Source: an uncultured delta proteobacterium (GTDB lineage: Bacteria > Desulfobacterota > WTBG01 > CAIYCZ01). Taken from it: a DNA stretch of 64,000 nt. Positions within the stretch are counted from its first letter, which is position 1. Each line of letters opens with the position of its first letter. The position numbers were made by a program, and so were the translations under genes. The notes below the pieces were generated by a model. That model was not told where the DNA came from and did not search any database. It saw only the letters and a program-made list of their open reading frames with translations. The stretch is taken from NCBI GenBank assembly GCA_963803975.1, contig CAWDOY010000047.1, positions 32,001 to 96,000 of the forward strand. The letters are read 5' to 3'. Positions 43,522 to 53,847 of this stretch are shown here, in pieces.

Positions 43522-44349
43522 ATGAGAATTCCTTTCTTCAAAATGAGCGGCAGCGGTAATGACTTCATCATTATAGACAACCGCAGCCGCCGGATGGAAC
43601 AGATTGCCCTGCCCGCCTTTGTCCGTGCAGTATGCAGGCGCAATGTTGCTGTCGGTGCAGACGGGCTGATACTGGTGGAAAACCCGCGCACCGCCGGCTG
43701 TGACTTTGCCTGGCGTTTTTTTAACGCGGACGGCAGCGAGGCGGACATGTGCGGCAACGGCGGCCGCTGTGCTGCGCGTTATGCGGTTATAAACAGCATT
43801 GCTGCCGCCAGGCTCTCATTTGAAACCAATGCCGGCATTATTCATGCGGAAGCACATAACGACCGGGTAAAAATTGAGCTGCCGTCCCCGCAGGCAATCG
43901 AAATGAATATAACGGCGGCAGCTGATGATACTCCCCTGCTGCTCCATTTTATTAATACCGGGGTTCCCCATGTGGTGACATTTGTCAGCAATGTGGAGAA
44001 GGTGCAGGTGCGCGAGCAGGGTAAAGCGCTGCGCTTTCATCCGCGTTTTCAGCCTGCCGGCACCAATGTTAATTTTGCAGCAGTGGACGGCCCGGCACAG
44101 CTTTCTGTCCGCACCTATGAGCGGGGCGTTGAGGATGAAACACTGGCATGCGGCACCGGCTCGGTAGCTTCAGCGTTAATAGCTTCCGCCCTGGGAAGCG
44201 TTGTATCCCCGGTGCAGGTCATAACCAGGGGCGGTGAAACGCTGACCGTATACTGTGACAACGCGACCTATCCTTTTGGCCGGGTTTATCTGGAGGGAGC
44301 GGTGCGGGTTGTCTGCAGCGGCGAGATCTGGGAAGAAGCATACCAATGA
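43522..44349 (+). CDS. dapF: Diaminopimelate epimerase
   Basis: KMSGSGNDF, NADGS.A.MCGNG.RC, ERGVE.ETLACGTG. Confidence 0.97.
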   Translation: MRIPFFKMSGSGNDFIIIDNRSRRMEQIALPAFVRAVCRRNVAVGADGLILVENPRTAGCDFAWRFFNADGSEADMCGNGGRCAARYAVINSIAAARLSFETNAGIIHAEAHNDRVKIELPSPQAIEMNITAAADDTPLLLHFINTGVPHVVTFVSNVEKVQVREQGKALRFHPRFQPAGTNVNFAAVDGPAQLSVRTYERGVEDETLACGTGSVASALIASALGSVVSPVQVITRGGETLTVYCDNATYPFGRVYLEGAVRVVCSGEIWEEAYQ

Positions 44350-44454
44350 GTTGAAGAGTGGGTGAGTGTCGGAGTTGAGGAGTTTTATTCTTCAACTCGT
44401 AACTCCCTGACTCCTGAACTCATAAACTCATCACGGGAAGGAGAACTGCACGAT

Positions 44455-45333
44455 ATGTTTACAGGTTCGATGGTGGCGCTGGTGACACCGTTCAAGAACG
44501 GCAAACTTGATAAAAAGGGGCTGCGGGCACTGGTTAAATTTCACTTAAACAATGGCACTGATGTCATCTCTCCCTGCGGCACCACCGGAGAGGCAGCTAC
44601 GCTCTCTCTTGAAGAACATGAACAGGTGGTCAATATAGTCGTGGATGCTGCCGGCGGGAGGGTGAAGGTACTGGCCGGGACCGGCTCCAACAACACCGCG
44701 GAAGCCCTGCGCCTGACAAAACATGCGGTCAAGGCCGGCGTTGACGGCTGCCTGCTCATTACGCCCTACTACAACCGGCCCACCCAGCAGGGCCTTATTG
44801 CCCACTTTAAGAACATTGCCGAAGCAGTGGACATTCCGCTGGTGCTCTACAATGTGCCCGCCAGGACCGGGGTCAATATACTGCCGGAAACAGTGGCAAA
44901 GCTGGCACAGCTGCGCAACATCGTCGGCATCAAAGAGGCAAGCGGGTCGCTGTCCCAGGTGAGCGAGATAATAAACCTGTGTAAAAAAGATTTTTCCGTT
45001 ATTTCAGGTGATGATGTAAATACCCTGCCTATTATGGCAGTGGGCGGAAAGGGGGTGATATCAGTAACCGCAAACATTGCCCCGCGGCTCGTTTCTTCCC
45101 TGGTGCGGGCCTTTGAACAGGGGCGTCTTGATGAAGCACAGCGTATTCACCATCGACTGCTGCCTCTGCATAACGCTATGTTTCTGCAGACCAATCCGAT
45201 CCCGGTAAAGACGGCTCTGGGACTCATGGGCATAATCTCTTCAGAGATGCGTCTTCCCATGTGCCCCATGCCTAAGGATCTTACAGAGAAGCTGAGGGGA
45301 ATTCTCAAACAATACGGGTTAGTCAAATCGTAA
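44455..45333 (+). CDS. dapA: 4-hydroxy-tetrahydrodipicolinate synthase
   Basis: GTTGE, PYYN, LYNVP.RTG, GIKEASG, NPIPVK. Confidence 0.97.
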   Translation: MFTGSMVALVTPFKNGKLDKKGLRALVKFHLNNGTDVISPCGTTGEAATLSLEEHEQVVNIVVDAAGGRVKVLAGTGSNNTAEALRLTKHAVKAGVDGCLLITPYYNRPTQQGLIAHFKNIAEAVDIPLVLYNVPARTGVNILPETVAKLAQLRNIVGIKEASGSLSQVSEIINLCKKDFSVISGDDVNTLPIMAVGGKGVISVTANIAPRLVSSLVRAFEQGRLDEAQRIHHRLLPLHNAMFLQTNPIPVKTALGLMGIISSEMRLPMCPMPKDLTEKLRGILKQYGLVKS

Positions 45334-45360
45334 TACCACAAAAACGAAAGGAGTTAGTCT

Positions 45361-46311
45361 ATGAGAAAAGTTTTACTGATTACCGCACTGATCGTTGGCG
45401 CAGCCATCCTCACCATGCCGTTTGCAGCCATGGCAAAGGAGGCGGCAAAAGTTTACGCAACCGTTGGCAACGAAACAATCACCCAGGCTGATATTGACTC
45501 TAAAACATCCATGCTGCCGCCGCAGTTCCGGGCACGCTACGAAACTGCTGATGGAAAGAAAAAGCTGGTGGAGCAGCTGACCAAAATGAGCCTCCTCTCC
45601 CAGGAAGCGCGCCGGCTGAACCTTGATAAAAAAGAAGAGGTGGCCAAACGCATCAAGGAAATCGCCGATAACCTCATCATTCAGGAGCTGATTAAACAGG
45701 AAGTCATTGATAAAATTAAGGTGAGTGATGCGGACCTGGAAAAATACTACAAGGAACACCAGCAGGAGTTCATCGAACCGGAGAAGGTAAAGGTCAACAT
45801 TATCATGTTCAAGCTGAAAGACAATGCAACCCCTGAGGAGAAGAAAGCACAGAAGAAAAAAGCCGACCTGGCACTGAAGCGCTTAAAGAAGGGGGATGAT
45901 TTTGAGAAGCTGGCAAAGGAAGTTTCAGAAGATGAGCGCACCAAGAACAGCGGCGGCAATACCGGATTTTTCTCAAAAGGGAAACGCATGAATACCTACG
46001 GAGAGAAAGTTGAGGAAAAAGCCTTTGCTCTCAAGACAGGACAGATAAGCGACATCATTGAAGAGAAAAACGGCTATTACATTATAAAAGTGGGTGAGAA
46101 GAAGCCGCAAAAAGAGGAGACCTTCCAGGAAGCCAAAAGCAAAATTGAGCGACGGATGCAGCAGGAGGAACAGAAAAAGGCCTATGATACCTACCTTGAG
46201 TCGCTGAAAAAACAGTATCCGGTCAAGATCAACGAAGAAAATATCGCCGCCGGAGCACCGGCATCACCGCCAGCTCCACAGCCGCAGCAGCCGAAACCTG
46301 CTCAGCCGTAA
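45361..46311 (+). CDS. Exported PrsA/SurA-like parvulin-fold foldase
   Basis: Signal peptide, ATVGNETIT, F..LAK..SED...GG..GF, AF.LK.GQIS. Confidence 0.85.
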   Translation: MRKVLLITALIVGAAILTMPFAAMAKEAAKVYATVGNETITQADIDSKTSMLPPQFRARYETADGKKKLVEQLTKMSLLSQEARRLNLDKKEEVAKRIKEIADNLIIQELIKQEVIDKIKVSDADLEKYYKEHQQEFIEPEKVKVNIIMFKLKDNATPEEKKAQKKKADLALKRLKKGDDFEKLAKEVSEDERTKNSGGNTGFFSKGKRMNTYGEKVEEKAFALKTGQISDIIEEKNGYYIIKVGEKKPQKEETFQEAKSKIERRMQQEEQKKAYDTYLESLKKQYPVKINEENIAAGAPASPPAPQPQQPKPAQP

Positions 46312-46323
46312 CGTGTTTATATT

Positions 46324-46353
46324 GAGGAGGGCCACCAGCCCTCCTCTTTTTTT
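46324..46353 (+). terminator. Intrinsic terminator
   Basis: GAGGAGGGC-cacca-GCCCTCCTC followed by T run. Confidence 0.85.
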
Positions 46354-46506
46354 AGTTCCTCTTTCTGCCTGCTTGATTCACAGGAACCGGCCATGCTGCT
46401 GCGGTTCGGTATCGGCAGCGTCATGGTAAAAGTTCTTGAAAAAGACCGCTATTACCGCGTTACCCGCAGCAGAAATAACAACGGCTGAGCCGGCAGGTGC
46501 TTCCCA

Positions 46507-46535
46507 TTGACTTATGCAATCCCTTTCATTATAGT
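46507..46535 (+). promoter_or_regulatory. sigma70-type promoter
   Basis: TTGACT-N17-TATAGT upstream of the DUF1846 gene. Confidence 0.55.
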
Positions 46536-46621
46536 TCCATCCCATAGAGGCAACTCCCGGTCATGCCTACACCTGCAGAGACAATAATCCGCGATCAGGT
46601 AATCAGCAGGAAGGGTACACG

Positions 46622-48140
46622 ATGAAAAACAGAATCGGCTTTGACAATAAACGCTATTTACAGGAGCAGACAGCCGCAATTCTTGAGCGGGTGCAGATGT
46701 TCGGCAACACGCTGTATCTTGAATTCGGCGGGAAACTGCTTTTTGATTATCATGCGTCCCGGGTGCTGCCGGGCTTTCATCCCAACGTGAAGATGGAGCT
46801 TCTGCAGAAGCTTAAAGACCGGGCCGATATAGTGCTCTGCATCTACGCCGGAGACATTGAGAGAAAAAAAGTTCGCGCTGATTTCGGCATCACCTATGAC
46901 GCAGATGCTCTCAAGCTGATTGATGATTTAAAAGACTGGGGCCTTGAAATAGCCGCGGTGGTGATCACCCGCTTTGACAACCAGCCAGCGGCAAAAATAT
47001 TTAAAAATAAACTCGAGCGCCGCGGTATCAGGGTCTGCGTGCACCGCTTCACCAAAGGCTACCCCACGGACGTGAACACCATTGTCAGCGATGAGGGGTA
47101 CGGCAGCAATGAGTATATAGAAACAAAGAAGCAGCTGGTGGTGGTTACCGGTCCCGGCCCCGGCAGCGGCAAGCTTGCCACCTGTCTTTCACAATTATAT
47201 CATGAGCACAAGCGGGGCGTTCAGGCCGGCTATGCAAAGCTTGAAACGTTCCCGGTGTGGAACCTCCCGCTCAAGCATCCGGTCAATGTCGCCTATGAAG
47301 CCGCCACTGCCGATATCATGGACTTTAACCAGATCGATCCGTTTCACCTGGAAGCCCACAACAAAACCGCCATCAACTACAACCGCGACATTGAAATCTT
47401 CCCGGTGCTTAAAAGGATACTGGAAAAAATATCGGGAGCAGGGTCAGTATATAAGTCCCCCACGGACATGGGTGTTAACAGGGTGGGCTTCGCCATTACT
47501 GATGATGCCATTGTTCAGGAGGCGGCAAAGCAGGAGTTCATCCGGCGGTATTTCAGGTATAACTGCGAATACGCGATGGGCTTTGTGGAGAAGGAGGCGG
47601 TGCAGCGGGTTGAGCTGCTCATGAACGAGCTGGATATCAAGATCGACGATAGAAAAGTTGTTGCCATGGCCCGCAGCGCGGCCGCTGAAGCCCAGCAGCA
47701 GCAGAAAGGCAACGAGGGCATCTTCTGCGGCGCTGCCATTGAACTGCCGGATGGCACCATTGTTACCGGCAATAACTCCTCGCTGCTGCACGCGGCATCC
47801 AGCAGCGTTATCAATGCCATAAAAAAGCTTGCAGAAATACCGGCAAAAATTCACCTGCTGCCCCAGAACATCACCGAAACAATCGCACAGTTTAAAACAA
47901 ACATTCTGGCGCGCTAAAACCGCAAGCCTTGACCTGGAAGAAACACTCATAGCGCTCAGCATCAGCGCCATGTCAAACCCCGCAGCACAACTGGCAATTG
48001 AGCAGTTGAAAGAGCTCAGGGACTGCGAGATGCATATAACGCACATCCCGACCCCTGGTGATGAGGGAGGCCTGCGCAGGCTGGGAATAAATGTCACCAG
48101 CGATCCTGATTTTTCAACCAAGAATCTTTTTTTGCAGTAA
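46622..48140 (+). CDS. DUF1846 (UPF0371) family P-loop protein (one frameshift near 47910)
   Basis: [48 protein letters not shown]; tail ...GINVTSDP in the next frame. Confidence 0.88.
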
Positions 48141-48182
48141 GCCTGAGTGTTACTGGAAGACGGGGACATTGCCGGAAACGAG

Positions 48183-49214
48183 TTAGTCCCACAGGTGGGC
48201 GAGTTTTCTCTTAAGCTCTTTCTTGTCGGGATAAAAGGCGTGATCAAGCGCAGTTCTATTGAGCGCCTTTAAGTCCTCCCGGGTCACGCCAAGCTCCTGG
48301 ATGGCAGTTACATATTCATCAGTCAGCGTGATGCCGGATATGGCGGGGTCATCGGTATTGAGGTTGAGCGGTACCTTCTGCTGCATGAGCTGTTTTATGG
48401 GATGCTCCTTCATGGAGGCTACCACCCCGGTATGACAGTTACTGGTAAGGCTCACCTCAAGTAAAATATTTTTTTTCCGCAACAGCTCTACGACAGCTGC
48501 ATCGTCCACCGCCCTGATGCCGTGGCCAATGCGGTCAGCATGAAACTCCTCAACTGCCTGCCGCACGTTTGCCGCACCGCCTGCTTCCCCGGCATGGATG
48601 GTCAGCCCCAGCCCTGCCTGCTTGGCCAGGGCAAAAAGTCTTGCATAGGGGTGCGCATTATTGTTCACCTCATCACCGGCCAGATCAAGGCCATAAAACG
48701 ATCCGGGCGGCAGGCTCGCAATCATGGCAACGGTCTGCTCCGCGGTCGCAACACCATAGTCCCTGCTGATGGTAAGGATGGGGGTAACGATAATATCAAA
48801 GCTTTTACTGGCACGGGCTATAGCGCCACTCACACAGTGTACAACATCACCTTCGCTGAAACGTTCACTGCAGGCAAAGTGGGTTGGGCTGTAGCGCAGT
48901 TCCAGGTATCTGACCCCGTCTTCTGCCGCATTCTGGACTGCCCTGAAAGCTATCTCTTCGACAGCCGCAAGGCATGGATAAAAGCAACGGAATACTTTGA
49001 ACTTGCTGAGAAAATTTTGGAAGCTGGGTGGGTCGTCAACTACCTGTATCAGCGGCCGCAGGGCTTCAACCTCATAGGCAGGCAGATCTCCACCGTATTT
49101 GCGGGCAATCTCTACAAAGGTCTCCGGCAGGATGCTCCCCTCAAGGTGACGATGGAGGTCTGTTTTGGGAAATATTTTTATCTGCTCAAGAAGAAGTTTT
49201 CTATTCATATCCAT
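48183..49214 (-). CDS. add: Adenosine/adenine deaminase
   Basis: DLHRHLEGS, YLELRYSP, DLAGDE, HAGE, RIGHG, NTDDP. Confidence 0.9.
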   Translation of the reverse strand: MDMNRKLLLEQIKIFPKTDLHRHLEGSILPETFVEIARKYGGDLPAYEVEALRPLIQVVDDPPSFQNFLSKFKVFRCFYPCLAAVEEIAFRAVQNAAEDGVRYLELRYSPTHFACSERFSEGDVVHCVSGAIARASKSFDIIVTPILTISRDYGVATAEQTVAMIASLPPGSFYGLDLAGDEVNNNAHPYARLFALAKQAGLGLTIHAGEAGGAANVRQAVEEFHADRIGHGIRAVDDAAVVELLRKKNILLEVSLTSNCHTGVVASMKEHPIKQLMQQKVPLNLNTDDPAISGITLTDEYVTAIQELGVTREDLKALNRTALDHAFYPDKKELKRKLAHLWD

Positions 49215-49303
49215 GGACAATTGCGCTATTATTTATCTATAAATTATGTATAAAGTAGTCAAGCTTATAAAATATCGGAATAAAATTTAATAACTATAAC
49301 AAA

Positions 49304-49867
49304 ATGACAGCACGTAACCGACACCGTTTCCAGACTATCTTTTTCTGTATAGTATTAGTCATACCCCTTTTTTGCTCGGGGTGTGGAGAAACGGAACAGC
49401 CCCCGTTTTTCACGGCACAGGTTCATCGACATCTGGAACCAGACGTTTACAGATAGAAAATTTTAAAATATTGTATGCGTGGGAAGAGAGAGGAGAAACC
49501 CCGTTCCTCAGACCCTATGATTATCATGCCAGGGAACTGATTGTTGAGGTTATGGTACCCATTCCGGGAGATGCGCATCGCGTGGATGTTGTAACCAGGA
49601 AGATACCATTTCAAAATCTTGAAGCAATTTGAGTTTATCCGCGGCGCAGCAGACAAATACTATTAAAATCGTGTTGAACAACAATGAGGAAATTCTGGCA
49701 ACGGACAAATTCCCGCGAGTTTGAAAAAAGGGGGCGCTACCGGCCTTGCAGATTATGCAACCTTCGTTGAAGGCGTCACGGTTAAGGACGGCAAGCGGGA
49801 AAAATTCAAAGCTGATTTGTATAACATAAAAAAGGTGGTACTGCTACCGGCAGCGCTGCCGGGCTAA
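49304..49867 (+). pseudogene. Hypothetical lipoprotein broken by several indels (artefact or decay)
   Basis: Switching frames gives MTAR...IFFCIVLVIPL.LLG-CGETEQPPFF...QIENFKILYAWEE...IKIVLNNNEE...NIKKVVLLPAALPG*. Confidence 0.45.
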
Positions 49868-49961
49868 CGGAAAATATTTAAATATGGATTGCAGGATAAG
49901 TTCATACAATAAAGCCGCACGCCTGACTCTTCAAGCATAGTTAGTATGAACCCTGCCCTTT

Positions 49962-50991
49962 TTAATAACTGATTTTTTTCTCCGGCCATCCTTTCGAACA
50001 GGATATCTTCCCGCCTTCAGAAACAATGAGCGCTTCCGCCCCACGCAGACTCTCTACCATGCGCATGCCCTGCTCCGGGCCCAGCACAAACAGGGCGGTC
50101 GAAAGCGCATCACTGGTCATACCATCTGGCGCAATAACACTCACCGACTGCATGTGCGGCACCGGCATGCCGCTGCGCGGGTCAATAATATGGGTTCTTC
50201 TTTTACCGTTCTTTTTATAAAAGTTTTCGTAATCGCCGGAGGTTGAAGTTGAACTGTTCTGCAATGATATGACGGTCAGCAGACCTCCCTGCTTGCGCGG
50301 ATGCTGAACACCGACCTGCCAGTGTGTTCCATCAGGTTTTTTACCCAGGGCGCAGACCGTGCCGCCGGTGATCACCAGGGCATTCTGAATGCCCCGTTTT
50401 TTCAGAACAGCCATGGCCTTGTCTGCAACAAAACCTTTAGAAAAAGACCCCACATCTATCCACATGCCCTTTTTCGCAAGCCTTCCGGTTCTCTGCACCG
50501 TGCCGGCTATGGGTGTCTCAGACAAGTTCGATCTCCCGATAATTAACCCGGGATTTTGCCCGGCGTATGGTCTGCGCATCCGGCTCACTCCCGGACAATC
50601 CAACCTCATCCCTGCCGAAGCCCCACAGCTTGAGCAGGGGTCCTACGGTGATATCAAGCGCTCCTCCGGTAATGCTGCAGAAGAAAACCGCCCGCTTCAG
50701 CGCCTCCATGGTCTCCGGGCTTAACGGAACCGGGGCCCCGCCTGCCTGTTGATTGATATGTGAAACGTCACTTCCCGGATCATAGGTATTGAGCAGGCTA
50801 TTGACGCGCTCCATCTCGGAGAATGCTTCTTCTATTGTCGCGTCCGCATTATTCCCCCATGCCTTGATTTCTACAAAGGTATGGAGCATAGGCTTTGAGC
50901 GCGCGATTATCTCAGGGGGACCGGAAAAAGCAGGTGAACAAAGGCAGCAAACCATAATTAGAAAGGGCCAGAAATAATATATTTTTTTCAT
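49962..50991 (-). CDS. apbE: FAD:protein FMN transferase ApbE (one frameshift near 50523)
   Basis: SDVS.IN, GALDITVGPL..LWGF, then ID.G...KG..AD, STSGDYE, HIIDPRSG.P, DALSTALFVLG. Confidence 0.92.
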
Positions 50992-51098
50992 TTATTTTCT
51001 ATCCCTCGCAACCGTTCATCCAGCGGAATAGTATATATAATTGATTATAGACATTTTTTTTAAAAAAAGGCATATATAAACATTTAAACAGGATTTTT

Positions 51099-51815
51099 AT
51101 GAAGCAGACCTTTTTCATTGCAGACGTTCATCTGGATCGGGAATACCCTGAGAGAAAAGAATTGCTGCTCTCATTTTTGGATATGCTGCAGGCCGCAGGA
51201 GGAGATCTCTATATCCTGGGAGACTTCTTTGATTTCTGGGCCAATAATAAAACTGTTTTAAATGATAACCATGCGGTTTTATCGATCATGAAGGAGATAA
51301 CATCACGGGGCTCAAAAATCTATATGCTCATTGGCAACCGTGATCTCCTGCTGCAGCAGAAGGCGCTGACACCATTTGGCATCACGTTCCTGGGTGAAGA
51401 AGCTACCATCACGCTTGACCATAAAAAAATATTTCTCACCCACGGGCACTTACTCTGTACCATGGATTTAAAGTTTCAGCAGTACAAAAAAAGAGTGTGG
51501 CCGCTCTACCGGTTTCTTGACAGAATACTGCCCGGATGGATAGAAAATTATCTTGCCAGAAAATTTATTATCACCAGTAAAAAAGTGATAGATTCCCAGG
51601 ACCAGTCCCGTTTTCAATTTTCAACTGCGGCGCTCACCGGCTGTTTTAGCCGCGGCATCGATGTAATCATCTGCGGCCATGCCCATAAAGCCGCAGCAGA
51701 ATCATTTGACGAAAAGCTTTTTTACACACTGCCTGCGTGGGACCGGGGCGCCGGAGGCTATCTCAAATATGGTGACGGCGGCTTTGCTCTCCATGCTGTT
51801 CCCGCGCGCTCGTAA
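51099..51815 (+). CDS. lpxH: UDP-2,3-diacylglucosamine hydrolase LpxH-like metallophosphoesterase
   Basis: FIADVHL, LYILGDFFDFW, GNRD, THGH..CT.D..FQ, GHAH. Confidence 0.8.
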   Translation: MKQTFFIADVHLDREYPERKELLLSFLDMLQAAGGDLYILGDFFDFWANNKTVLNDNHAVLSIMKEITSRGSKIYMLIGNRDLLLQQKALTPFGITFLGEEATITLDHKKIFLTHGHLLCTMDLKFQQYKKRVWPLYRFLDRILPGWIENYLARKFIITSKKVIDSQDQSRFQFSTAALTGCFSRGIDVIICGHAHKAAAESFDEKLFYTLPAWDRGAGGYLKYGDGGFALHAVPARS

Positions 51816-51834
51816 TTAGAAAGGCTCAGGTACT

Positions 51835-52551
51835 ATGTATCGCAAAAATTTTATTGTCCCGCTTATAGTAATTGGCATAGTATACGGGGCCTATATCGCG
51901 TTTAACTTTGCTGTCTGCAAAATTATCGAAACACGCCTCACCCATACGCTGGGCCTTAAAGCACGGATTGGCAGCTTCAGGCTGTATCCCTGGCGGGGCA
52001 TGATAGCAATTGAAAAATTTACTATTGCCAATCCCGAAGGCTTTTCCAATAAACCCATTTTTTCCATAAAAACATGCTCTGCTACTGTTAAACTTTCCTC
52101 CCTTACCCACGATATAATTCCTATCGAGGAATTTAAGCTGCACGGGATTGGCATTAATGTTGAGCACAATAAAGACTCGTTAAATCTTGACTGGCTGAAA
52201 CATGACGTTAGCCCGCGCGCTGCCCTTAAGGACAGCGATGATGCAGACAAGCAGGAGCATCAGGATGGGCCGCAAAAGAAACTCTTCTTGATTAATCGCT
52301 TAAAAGCAAAAAACATAGAAGTGCGGTTTGCTTCAGCCTCCATGGGGCTCAAAGCAATTCATTTTAAAATTCCTGGTGTGGTGATCAATGATTTTTCTGA
52401 GCCTGATGGCAGGCCACTGGCAATTGATGAAATTTTATATAAACTGGTCTGTACCATCATAGATAAACTCTCAGCCCAGGGACCTGCGAACTATCAAAAA
52501 GAAATTAAAAAATTTTTAATGGAACAGCTGAAAAATTATTATAAAAAATAA
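51835..52551 (+). CDS. AsmA/DUF748-like membrane-anchored protein
   Basis: N-terminal TM helix; G.I.I..F.IANPEGF beta-rich pattern. Confidence 0.5.
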   Translation: MYRKNFIVPLIVIGIVYGAYIAFNFAVCKIIETRLTHTLGLKARIGSFRLYPWRGMIAIEKFTIANPEGFSNKPIFSIKTCSATVKLSSLTHDIIPIEEFKLHGIGINVEHNKDSLNLDWLKHDVSPRAALKDSDDADKQEHQDGPQKKLFLINRLKAKNIEVRFASASMGLKAIHFKIPGVVINDFSEPDGRPLAIDEILYKLVCTIIDKLSAQGPANYQKEIKKFLMEQLKNYYKK

Positions 52552-52564
52552 AACCTGCTCTCTT

Positions 52565-52867
52565 TCATGGGCCGCTTCGATTTTCTATAAATTTTTTCTC
52601 GCCATAGAAAACAGGGTCCTGGATATGCTCACCTTTACACAGCGGGCATCTGCTTGGCGCCCTGAGATGTTCCCGCTTGGTAAACCGGAATCCGCAGCCT
52701 AAACATTCCGCAGGCACCATTCTAAACTCGCTCTTCAGCGATCGCTGTATGTAGCGCAAATGATCATAGACCTCTTTTTCAGTTATATGCTGCAGTTTGG
52801 AAATATCCCGCGCAGTCCACTTCCCTTCATACAGTAACGCAATAATGTTTTTACGCACTGTTGCCAT
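52565..52867 (-). CDS. Small HTH plus Zn-ribbon regulator (COG3357-like)
   Basis: TVRKNII.LL...EKEVYDHL.YI.RSL, PAECLGCGF.F, PSRCPLCKGEHI. Confidence 0.75.
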   Translation of the reverse strand: MATVRKNIIALLYEGKWTARDISKLQHITEKEVYDHLRYIQRSLKSEFRMVPAECLGCGFRFTKREHLRAPSRCPLCKGEHIQDPVFYGEKKFIENRSGP

Positions 52868-53398
52868 AGTGAGTTCCTCCGGACAATAGATGGTTAGCTA
52901 TTAATCTGAAATTTGTAATAATAAATATTTCCGCAATAATTATTACTAAAATTAATTTCTAAGATTTTAACATGAACTATTGCCATAAAATGAGACGTAT
53001 CATTTTGTTTTGGTCACTCTGAAATAATAACGATTGCTATGAAAATATTTAAAAAAATTAATGGATTATTTACTACCGTTACTTGCGATAAAAAATCCAT
53101 AAATTGTTTTCAATATGCTGATTAAACATGATATTTATATATATAGGTGATATGATACATATTGAACTTATTGCATACATAAAATTAAATTGAAATTTTT
53201 ATTTTGACAAATAGAGACAAAATGAATTAATATGATATTATAAGACAACATATTGTAATTATATTTTTTATTATTACAATAAAACATAAATAAGATTCAT
53301 GAGAGCTAATTAAATTATAAGCCTTGCTAATATTATTTTTTAACTTGTAATTTATAATAGTAGAGGGGCAAAAAGTACAGCAAAGGGAGGAAGCCGAC

Positions 53399-53584
53399 AT
53401 GAGAAGAAAAAATAAAGAGTTAAATTCAGATACCTCTATTCTCACAGCAGACGAAGTGGCAGAGTATTTAAAGCTCTCCAAAATCACCGTCTACAAGCTG
53501 GCAAAACAAGGGTCTATTCCCGGATTCAGAGTTGGTGGCTCATGGAGATTTAATAGATCATTCATCGAAAAAATGATGAAATAA
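53399..53584 (+). CDS. Excisionase-like (HTH_17) DNA-binding protein
   Basis: ILTADEVAEYLKLSKITVYKLAKQG.IPGFRVGGSWRF; GGAGG RBS. Confidence 0.88.
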   Translation: MRRKNKELNSDTSILTADEVAEYLKLSKITVYKLAKQGSIPGFRVGGSWRFNRSFIEKMMK

Positions 53585-53604
53585 ATTTGCGGAAGTTCGA
53601 CTTG

Positions 53605-53644
53605 AAAAAAGAGTTCTCGTCACGATGACAGAGAACTCTTTTTT
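53605..53644 (+). terminator. Bidirectional intrinsic terminator
   Basis: AAAAAAGAGTTCTC-gtcacgatgaca-GAGAACTCTTTTTT. Confidence 0.8.
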
Positions 53645-53727
53645 ATTTTAAACCTGCCAGATACTTTTTATGCATATACGGGGGAATCTTTTTTACAGGG
53701 AAAAGGCTGTTGCAGGGAAGATGAAGG

Positions 53728-53804
53728 TGGTGGCGGTGCAGGGATTCGAACCCCGGACACTGCGGATATGAGCCGCATGCTCTAGCCACCTGAGCTACAC
53801 CGCC
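53728..53804 (-). tRNA. tRNA-Met(CAT), elongator type
   Basis: GGCGGTGTAGCTCAGGTGGCTAGAGCATGCGGCTCATATCCGCAGTGTCCGGGGTTCGAATCCCTGCACCGCCACCA; G1-C72 paired and no GGG/CCC anticodon stem, so not initiator. Confidence 0.93.
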
Positions 53805-53847
53805 GTATAAAGAATCATGAACTATCGCTTCAGTGAAACAGTAAATT

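Noticed and set aside
46393..46488. 31-codon ORF after the parvulin terminator
   Set aside because: No recognisable motif; possibly a gene remnant, but unsupported
53728..53804. tRNA as initiator fMet or Ile2
   Set aside because: No C1:A72 mismatch and no three G-C anticodon-stem pairs; the sequence fits elongator Met best, though Ile2 cannot be fully excluded without a covariance model
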